Assembly: GCA_963714755.1 (NCBI GenBank)
Contig: CAVQPL010000001.1
Coordinates: forward strand, 145,543-209,542
Length of the DNA stretch: 64,000 nucleotides
From: an uncultured beta proteobacterium
GTDB taxonomy: Bacteria > Pseudomonadota > Gammaproteobacteria > Burkholderiales > Burkholderiaceae_C
Direction of reading: 5' to 3'
Shown here: positions 57,069-64,000 of the stretch, one piece after another
Numbering within the stretch: position 1 is the first letter of the stretch
Layout: each line of letters begins with the position of its first letter
Translations under genes and position numbers: made by a program
The notes under the pieces: generated by a model
Databases searched by the model: none
The model's input: the letters and a program-made list of their open reading frames with translations, nothing else
Told to the model about the DNA's origin: nothing

Positions 57069-57974
57069 TCACATCTTCAATTCATTTTCGAGGTCGTCGG
57101 CGCCCTTCTTGAAGTCCTTCTGGCGCGTGCCCTCGGCCTTCTCGCGCGACTTCTCCATCGCCTTGATCTTGGCGTCGTCGCCCGACAGCGCGTAGAACTG
57201 CTCGGCGACGCGGTGCTCACCGCGCTTGGCGGCCGCATCGCCATGGCGACGCGCGATCGGCTTGATTGACTCGCCCTTGGCCCGGTCGTCGGCGAAGCCG
57301 TAGTAATCGACGGCCCATTCGAGCGCCTTGGGTGTCGTGCCCGTGGCCGTCGCATCGCCGCGTTGCAGGGCCCGGTCTGTCGCGCGCTTCTCGGCCGCCG
57401 CGCCCACCAAGCGCAGGAAGCTGCGCGCCGCTTCGAGGTCTGAAACCGAGGACTGCCGGCCGCCGGAAAAGGTCTTCTCTTCGGCCTGCAGCCACTGGTT
57501 GCCGGTGGCTTCTGCCAAGCCGCGCACCTCGGCCAGCGCCGCGGCGTCGCCGCGCCGCTCGAAGTAGCCAAGCGCCGCGCCCAGCGGGTCGGCCTTGGCC
57601 TGGTTCGCGTGCGCGTGCTTGCGCATCGCGCGGTCCGCATCCGCCAGATGCTCGCCGCCGAAGTAGAACTCGTTGGCCTTGTAGTACTGCCCCGCCTTCT
57701 CGGCGCGCTCGCCCAGGGTGCGCGCCACGCGGCGGTAAGCGGCGCGAGCAGCCTGCATCGTGGCCGTGGACGCGCACTCCGACTGACTCACGCTGTACAG
57801 CACCGGCAGCGCCTCCTCGGGCTTGCCGCCACGCTCGAGCACCTCGCCCCGCTGGGCTCGGCGGTCGTCCGAGGCTCGGTCAGCCGCGGTGCAGGTCGAG
57901 TCCGCCAGTGCCGGCAGCGGCGCCAGGGCGACGAGTGCCGTCGCAAGGGTAGCGATTCGAGTGAGGCAGGTCAT
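57069..57974 (-). CDS. Secreted helical-repeat (TPR-like) hypothetical protein
   Basis: Signal peptide ending PALA; GGAGG RBS; repeated A-x-x-(F/Y)-Y helices. Confidence 0.78.
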   Translation of the reverse strand: MTCLTRIATLATALVALAPLPALADSTCTAADRASDDRRAQRGEVLERGGKPEEALPVLYSVSQSECASTATMQAARAAYRRVARTLGERAEKAGQYYKANEFYFGGEHLADADRAMRKHAHANQAKADPLGAALGYFERRGDAAALAEVRGLAEATGNQWLQAEEKTFSGGRQSSVSDLEAARSFLRLVGAAAEKRATDRALQRGDATATGTTPKALEWAVDYYGFADDRAKGESIKPIARRHGDAAAKRGEHRVAEQFYALSGDDAKIKAMEKSREKAEGTRQKDFKKGADDLENELKM

Positions 57975-57983
57975 GGCAGCCTC

Positions 57984-58721
57984 CTAGCGCAGGATCTTCA
58001 GCACGTCCTTGACGCCGAAGCCCTCCTTCTTCTCGCCCTTGGCCTTGCCCTTCGCGGGCTTGTCATCGTCGTCGTCGTCGTCCTTGTCGCCGCCCGTCAT
58101 CATCTTGCCCAGGTCCCCCAGGCCGCTCATCTTTTCGTAGCCGGCCGGGATCTCGAAGAGCTTGGGATCCTGCTTGCCAGTCTTCAGATTGCTCAACTCC
58201 ATCTTGATGCGCTCTTTCGAGCCCTTCTCGATCGACAGCATGTCCATCTTGACCATCACGCCCTCGCGCGTCATCCACCAGAAGCCTCCGAGCTTGGCGC
58301 CGTTGGGCTTGCGCTCTTTCATGATGACCTTGCTCTTGCTGGTGCGCACGCCGTTCAGCGTTTCTTCGCCGGCCGGCGTCTGCTCGATGTCGTACTGGCT
58401 CAGGTCGTCCTTGCGCGCCTTGTCCTTGCCTTGCGCCATCTCCATGTACATCTTCTCGCTCGGGATCAGGTTCCACATCACCTTCTTGTCGGGCCGCGCG
58501 ATCAGCACGATCTTCTCGCCGCCTTCGTCGAGCTCGCGGCGCTCCAGCCCTGCGCTGTGATAGACCTTGCCGGTCTGCGCGCCGTCCGAGGTCTCCATGC
58601 GCCAGTCGGCCGAGTAGTCGACCTTGGGTTGCTGTGCCTGCGCTGCGCCACAGGCGATCGCGGCAACAAGTGCGAGGCCAAGGGGCTTGCTCAACATGAA
58701 ACGCAGAAGGCTGAAGGTCAT
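57984..58721 (-). CDS. Secreted DUF4412/LolA-like protein
   Basis: GGAG RBS; signal peptide ending AQA; YSAD...RPDKKVMW...GEETLNG...QDPKLFEIPAGY. Confidence 0.78.
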   Translation of the reverse strand: MTFSLLRFMLSKPLGLALVAAIACGAAQAQQPKVDYSADWRMETSDGAQTGKVYHSAGLERRELDEGGEKIVLIARPDKKVMWNLIPSEKMYMEMAQGKDKARKDDLSQYDIEQTPAGEETLNGVRTSKSKVIMKERKPNGAKLGGFWWMTREGVMVKMDMLSIEKGSKERIKMELSNLKTGKQDPKLFEIPAGYEKMSGLGDLGKMMTGGDKDDDDDDDKPAKGKAKGEKKEGFGVKDVLKILR

Positions 58722-58828
58722 GGCCACTCCGTGAAAAGGGCGAAAGTGTTGACGGGGGTTCCAGTGCCTCAGGTGCGCAGCGGCGTTACGGCACCAAAGC
58801 ACGGGGTCGCCCCCAGGCCGACACCGCG

Positions 58829-58860
58829 TTTGTAGAGCTCGGACCGTGATGCAACCGTGA
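58829..58860 (-). promoter_or_regulatory. Second TCACG-N6-TCACG box upstream of the secreted-protein operon
   Basis: Minus strand TCACGGTTGCATCACG, 10 nt, then TACAAA. Confidence 0.5.
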
Positions 58861-58939
58861 CGTAGCTCAAGAAGTCGGCCAATTCCTCGACCTGCAACCC
58901 GCAGCTGCGCTCGCTGGGGCGCAGGTGGGTGCCGCAGGG

Positions 58940-59061
58940 GCCGCCCAAGGGCAGGGCGCGCGAGGCGGTGCCGCACTTCGCTGCTTGAGCCGCTTGCCCT
59001 GTCGGACACCTATCGCCACGGCCTGCTGCTACCCTCTGCCGCCGGTGGCGCTGCGCGCTGT
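58940..59061 (+). mobile_element. Second IS91-like 3' remnant (direct repeat of 50860-50982)
   Basis: GCCGCCCAA.GGCAGGGCGCGCGAG...CTATCGCCACGG...GCCGGTGGCGCTGCGCGCTGT in both copies. Confidence 0.8.
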
Positions 59062-59246
59062 ATTACGATTCATGTCGGATCCTCTGTGGTTTGGTGAAGA
59101 CCTTGGTCTATCACACCCTGGGCACTTTGATGCCGTATCCATCAGAGGATCCACCCCGTGCAGGGTGGTTTCTTCCTGATTGACGGCTGTTCTGTCTCGG
59201 CACCCCATTCCATCTCCCCTCAAGGAGGGAGGCATCCATAGCATCT
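59062..59246 (-). mobile_element. Possible IS1111/IS110 left-end remnant(s)
   Basis: Minus strand AGATGCTATGGATGCCTCCCTCCTT; GGATCCTCTG/CAGAGGATCC inverted pair ahead of an ATG cut by the IS91 remnant. Confidence 0.4.
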
Positions 59247-59266
59247 ATTCCCCGGCGGCGCCTGGT

Positions 59267-62200
59267 TCAGTTCGTGCCCAGGCTGAGCTCTGCCCGCGGC
59301 GACCATTTCGGATCGGCGTCGGCAAGCTTGGCAGCACCCAGGAACAGCCGTTCGACCGGCAATTGCCGGCTGGCCAGGTAGTCCTTGACGGCAACGCCGC
59401 GCTGCAGTGCGAGCTCGCGCATCGCCTCGTCGTCGGCCGGGATATTGGCCAGCAGCAAGGCCTGCATGTCAGCAGGCGTCAACTCTTTCGGCTTGCCGGC
59501 CAGGTCACGCGGCTTGGCGATCTCCGAGCGCTGGAACACCTGCTTGAGCAGTTCGGCCGCCTCGGCCGGCTCCAGCTCCGGGTCGGACTGGCTATCGGAT
59601 ACCACCGGCGTCGCGCCTGCGCTGACCTGCGCCCGCCGCTTTTCAGCCCGCAGCAAGGCCTGCAGCTGGCGCTGCTTGAAGGCCTCGCGCTCGGCGTCGA
59701 GGTTGGCGGTGCCGATGACCGTCATCTTGAGCGCCGGCCTGTCGGTCAGCGCCTTGGCGATCTTGTCCAGCCCGGCACGCGCATCGGCCACCAGCACCGG
59801 CGACCCGGCCGGGAAGGCGACCTGGCTCAGTTCGTCACCGCCGCCGCCAAAGGCACTGGCCAGCAACGTGAACGGGGCCGTCAGCGCCTTGCCGATCAGG
59901 TTGATGATCACCTTGACAATGATCGGCCCGAGCCGGAACTGCGGGTCGTTGAGCGAACCGCTTACCGGCAGGTTGATGTCGATCACGCCATTGCGGTCTG
60001 CCAGCAGGGCCACGGCCAGCTTCACCGGCAGGCTGTTGGGCGCGCCCTCGACCTTGTCGCCAAAGGCCAGCTGGTTGAGCACCACCTGGTTGCTGGCGGT
60101 CAGTTGGCCATCGGGCAGCACCTGGTAGGCGACATCGACGCTCAGCTTGCCGCGCGTGATCCCGTGGCCGGCGTACTTGACCGCATACGGCGACAGCGGC
60201 GGCAATTCCAGATCCCGCACCGTGCCCTTGATATCCAGCGCCAGCGGCTCGGCCAGGGGATTGAGCTTGCCCAGGATCTCCAGCGACGCGGTCCCCTCGG
60301 CACGGCCGCGCAGCTCCAGATCCGCCATCTGCGTCTGCCCCTGGACCTGGGACGAAGAGAAGGCGCTGAGCTTGCCGGTCAGCTCGCTCAGGTTGGCCGA
60401 GTAATTGGGCTTGACGAAGCGGTCGGAGAAAAACACCTTGCCCTGCACCAGGCTGACCGGCCCGATCTGGATGACCGGCGCCAGGGGGTCGGGCGGCGCC
60501 TTGGCAGTGGTTGCGATGGCGGCCGCCGCAGTGGGCGCGTCGCCCCGCACCAGATCCTGCAGGTTGATCCTGCCGTTCTCATGCACGATGACCCGCGCGT
60601 AGAAGTCGCTCAGCGTGGTTTCGCGCACTGCCAGACGCATCGGCTGGCCCGGAGTCATGGCCAGGTCCAGGCCGCGCAGTCCCAGCGCTTTCCAGTTCAG
60701 CAACTCGCGCGACAGGGACTGGTCTGCGCCCTGCAAGGCCGCACTGTTGGCACGAAAATCCTCCAGCACCGTGTCGCCACGCAGGCGCAGCACCGGCCCC
60801 TTCGTGCCGGCAAGATAATCAAGATCGCCCTTGAATCCGGCGTCCGCACGCAGGATCTCGATATTCAGCCCGGCGCCGAAATACGGCTCCAGCGCATGCA
60901 GCGGCAATTGCACCATCTGGATGCTGCCCTTGGCCTGCAGCGGCTCGGCTACCACCGTACCGCGGTAGTCGATCTGCCCCGGCTGCCCCTGGCCAGAGAG
61001 CACGCGGGTCGACAACTGGACCGCCATCGGCTGTTTGGCATCCGTCGCGTAGCCCTTGACGTCCACGCTCAGCGCCGTCGCATCGAGCCGGACCGGCTTG
61101 GCCGCAGACAGGTCCTGGTAGCGCACGACGCCCCCGCGCAGCTGCAGCTGGTCGAGCCGGCCCTGCCAGGGCGAAGCGGAGCCGGTGGGCGCGGCGGTCG
61201 CATCCGCCTTGCCGGCGGCGGGCGGCGGCGACGGCTTGAGCCATTGTTCGAACATCCAGCGTTTGTCCGCGCCCCGGGTCAGGCCCAGTTCCGGCTCGGT
61301 CAGCTCCAGTTTGCCAACGGTCCAACGGCGCTGGCCCGGATCGACCTGTGCATCGGTCAGCGCGATCCTGCGCACGCCGGGCAGATCGGCCTTGGCGCCG
61401 CCTGGCGCGGCAGCATCGACCAGCGCCAGCTTGTCCAGCGTCAGCGTCGCTATCGCGACCTGCAGATCGGTCGGCTTCCATTCAACACCGAAGTTTGCAT
61501 CGAGCGTCCCCTGCAAGGCCGGTACCAGGAATTGCGCCAGGTAGGGCGCAGCCAGCCCCAGCGACGCGTCGCTGAGCGCCAGCTTGACCGATGCCTGCCG
61601 GTCGGTGGCGGTGCCGTCGAACTTCAGCTGAGCGCCAGCTGCACCGCTGGCAACAGCCGTGGCAGCGGCGGGTGCCGACTTGTCCGACCCCGCAGCGGCA
61701 CCGGATGCCGCATGCGCTATCGACAAAGAGCCGTTGAATGCCATTGGCCGCTGCATTGGCCAGACCATGTCGCCGGCGTCCAGCGTCAGGCCATGCACGC
61801 GCAACCGGGCGCTCGGCGCGATGCTGTTGTCGGTCCAGCCGATTGACCCATCGCGCACCAGGACCTTGGCCACCGTCGCGTTCCAGCCAGCGCTGCCAGC
61901 CGCGCCCGGCGTCTGCGTGGGCGCAGCCGCTGCGGTTGGCGCCTGGTCACCGGCCAACTGCAAGTTGATGCGACCGGCGCCATCGCGTCGCGCCGCCAGT
62001 TGCGGCGATTGCAGTTCGATGGCACCGATCTGGATGCGCCGCTCCAGCGGCTGAAAACCGTCCAGTCCGACCTTCAGGCTGTCAAAGGCCAGCAACGGCT
62101 CGCCACCGGTATCGGCCACTGCCACGTCCGTCAGCTGAAGCTGACCGCTGACCAGCAACTGCGGCTTGGCCAGCTGGACAAACTGAAACTGCAGCTCGGC

Positions 62201-62977
62201 GTCCAGCACCGCCTTTTGCAGGCGCACCGGCACGCTGCTTGGTATGTAGGGCAGGTACGGCGCCAGGTCCATGGCCTGTACGCGCAGCCGCGCATCGGTC
62301 TTGTGTGTCTCGGCAAACGGGGTGGCCGCAGCACGGGAGTTGAATGCGCTGCCGTTGAGCGTGAACGCCAGCTCGGGCGTGACCGTGATGGTGCGGCGCG
62401 ACTCCAGGTTGCTGAGAAAGGGCAGGCTCAGGTTCAGTCCGCGCAACTGGTGTACCCGCCCCGTCGACTGGTCGTCGACGTCGGCGCTGCCGTCGCGCAC
62501 CGCAAGATTGAACAATCCAAAACGCAGCGGCTGCGCATCCGGCTTGGCGGGGGCCGCGGCAAATCGGGCCAGGATGTCGTCAATATCGTACTTGCCCTCG
62601 CCCAGGTAGCGCAGCCGAATGGCCGGGGCATCGATGGACAGGTTCCGCACCACCGGCGCCAGCCACAGCAACGATTCGAACTCCGCATTGGCATACAGCC
62701 GCTTGATCGCCAACTGCCGCCCCTTGCCGTCCTGGGTAGCCAGCACGAGGTCATTGACCGTCAACTCCAGCGTCCACGGCTTGAAATCGATCTCTCCCAC
62801 CGTGAGCGTACGCCCCAGCTCGGTGCTGGCGGCTTTGACCAACTGGCTCTTGAGCACTGGAGGCACCAGCAGCCACGCCAGCGCCCACAAGACCAGGATC
62901 GCGCCGAGGGTCCACAGCAGGCGCCGCATCCACCGATGAGCCAGAAGTGCCTGCAGGCTTTTCGCGGCCGTTGTCAT
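59267..62977 (-). CDS. DUF748 (AsmA-like) protein with C-terminal OmpA-like region
   Basis: N-terminal TM, repeated beta modules, LPVKLAVALLADRNGVIDINLPVSGSLNDPQF, LALQRGVAVKDYL. Confidence 0.9.
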   Translation of the reverse strand: MTTAAKSLQALLAHRWMRRLLWTLGAILVLWALAWLLVPPVLKSQLVKAASTELGRTLTVGEIDFKPWTLELTVNDLVLATQDGKGRQLAIKRLYANAEFESLLWLAPVVRNLSIDAPAIRLRYLGEGKYDIDDILARFAAAPAKPDAQPLRFGLFNLAVRDGSADVDDQSTGRVHQLRGLNLSLPFLSNLESRRTITVTPELAFTLNGSAFNSRAAATPFAETHKTDARLRVQAMDLAPYLPYIPSSVPVRLQKAVLDAELQFQFVQLAKPQLLVSGQLQLTDVAVADTGGEPLLAFDSLKVGLDGFQPLERRIQIGAIELQSPQLAARRDGAGRINLQLAGDQAPTAAAAPTQTPGAAGSAGWNATVAKVLVRDGSIGWTDNSIAPSARLRVHGLTLDAGDMVWPMQRPMAFNGSLSIAHAASGAAAGSDKSAPAAATAVASGAAGAQLKFDGTATDRQASVKLALSDASLGLAAPYLAQFLVPALQGTLDANFGVEWKPTDLQVAIATLTLDKLALVDAAAPGGAKADLPGVRRIALTDAQVDPGQRRWTVGKLELTEPELGLTRGADKRWMFEQWLKPSPPPAAGKADATAAPTGSASPWQGRLDQLQLRGGVVRYQDLSAAKPVRLDATALSVDVKGYATDAKQPMAVQLSTRVLSGQGQPGQIDYRGTVVAEPLQAKGSIQMVQLPLHALEPYFGAGLNIEILRADAGFKGDLDYLAGTKGPVLRLRGDTVLEDFRANSAALQGADQSLSRELLNWKALGLRGLDLAMTPGQPMRLAVRETTLSDFYARVIVHENGRINLQDLVRGDAPTAAAAIATTAKAPPDPLAPVIQIGPVSLVQGKVFFSDRFVKPNYSANLSELTGKLSAFSSSQVQGQTQMADLELRGRAEGTASLEILGKLNPLAEPLALDIKGTVRDLELPPLSPYAVKYAGHGITRGKLSVDVAYQVLPDGQLTASNQVVLNQLAFGDKVEGAPNSLPVKLAVALLADRNGVIDINLPVSGSLNDPQFRLGPIIVKVIINLIGKALTAPFTLLASAFGGGGDELSQVAFPAGSPVLVADARAGLDKIAKALTDRPALKMTVIGTANLDAEREAFKQRQLQALLRAEKRRAQVSAGATPVVSDSQSDPELEPAEAAELLKQVFQRSEIAKPRDLAGKPKELTPADMQALLLANIPADDEAMRELALQRGVAVKDYLASRQLPVERLFLGAAKLADADPKWSPRAELSLGTN

Positions 62978-63477
62978 GGTGTGGGCGTGGGAGTGGTCAC
63001 AGGCTGCAATATACAAGCGGTGCCGTCCGGCACATGCGGCGTGGCGCGGCGCTGGCGGAAATTTTGCAATTGGGCGCTGCGCCAAAGGGTTTTACTGCGC
63101 TGTTGGCCATGGTTTGGTGACACCAGGTTTTGACGCTTCCGGTTGAACTGGGATCAACGGTTGGTTGGCAGCAACGCAGCGAAAGCCGACATCCACGAAC
63201 GGCCGGTTGCCGGAAGTCCACTTCATTGCCCTTCAGCCGATATTCCTGACCGGATTATTTGGCCGCATTGTTGGTGGCTATGCGCTTGGAACATTTCCCA
63301 AACAACCAAACGGATGGGGGCAGAGTATTTCTGGGCTTTTCAGTCTAGCTCGGAGTGACGAAGTAACTCGCATATTGTCGGCACAGCGGCATACAGGCAG
63401 GAGTAGTGCGACAGACCCTCCAGCAAATGGATGTCCGTACATGCAGGGATTTTCTGCTTCAGATACGCCGACATGGC

Positions 63478-63886
63478 GCATGGTCTGGCCAAAAGCAAGA
63501 TCACGGCAGCACGTTATGCCGGCGGCCGCCATATCCTGGTGTCGCGGCGCGGTCTGGACAAGGGCCCGATCGACCATGCACTGGCATTGACCGTCCGGCG
63601 GCGCCATGTTGCCACCATCGTCGCCGGGTTTTCGAGCGCGCTGGCCCTGGCCCGCGGCTCCGACCTGATCGCCAGAGTTCCCGAACGCCATACCGGCAAC
63701 CTGCGCGATGGCATGTTCAGCTTCGCGCTGCCGGTGGTGCTGCCGGAGATCACGGTCTCGCTGTTATGGCACCCGCGATTTCATGCAGACCCGGCGCACC
63801 GGTGGTTGCGCGGCTGCGTGCGTGAGGTGTGTGCGGCAGTCGCCGAAACCGACCCACCAGATACAGAACCCCGCGATCCGGATTGA
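63478..63886 (+). pseudogene. C-terminal fragment of a LysR regulator
   Basis: HILVSRRG...ALALARGSDLIA...LLWHPRFHADPAHRWLR; no HTH upstream. Confidence 0.75.
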
Positions 63887-63929
63887 CCCGGCGTCGCAAC
63901 CGGCATCGCCGCGGCGGACCCCAGACGCG

Positions 63930-64000
63930 TCAGTCGGCCGCGACCACCGTCATCTCAACCAGCAGGCTGTCGGAGGCCAGCAAGGACTGCACGGTGGTAC
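63930..64000 (-). CDS. C-terminus of a probable RidA/YoaB family protein (partial)
   Basis: TTVQSLLASDSLLVEMTVVAAD*. Confidence 0.55.
   Translation of the reverse strand, partial: TTVQSLLASDSLLVEMTVVAAD

Noticed and set aside
59180-61846. 888-aa plus-strand ORF
   Set aside because: Antisense shadow of the DUF748 gene.

Overview
GC-rich, betaproteobacterial-looking DNA (inferred from protein families). Positions 1-31 kb form a sulfur-oxidation island: reverse-type dsrABEFHCM (dsrM runs off the window edge), a divergent 7-gene accessory operon, tusA-dsrE2, LysR/sat, aprMBA with accessory genes, soeABC, a frameshifted YeiE-like LysR, an SLC13 permease and xsc-ackA with an IclR regulator. The most unusual element is the accessory operon at 4894-9576. 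It encodes an orphan Cas6 (Cmx6-like) with no CRISPR array or other cas genes in the window, a Cys-less DsrC paralog, a TauD-like dioxygenase, an HTH-2Fe2S-FNR fusion with degenerate motifs and an S24 domain lacking the catalytic Lys. A phased palindromic motif lies both upstream of it (shared with dsrA) and upstream of tusA. Positions 31-45 kb hold a GGDEF protein and a methylamine/betaine catabolism cluster. Positions 45-59 kb are an accessory zone: pseudogenes, an integrase-less integron cassette array (attC sites, brnTA), IS1111 and IS91/ISCR remnants, a MITE, and seven unknown secreted-protein genes with a truncated SARP-like regulator. The window ends with a DUF748 protein and gene fragments. 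No rRNA, tRNA or CRISPR array was seen. All calls come from reading motifs by eye; no searches were run.
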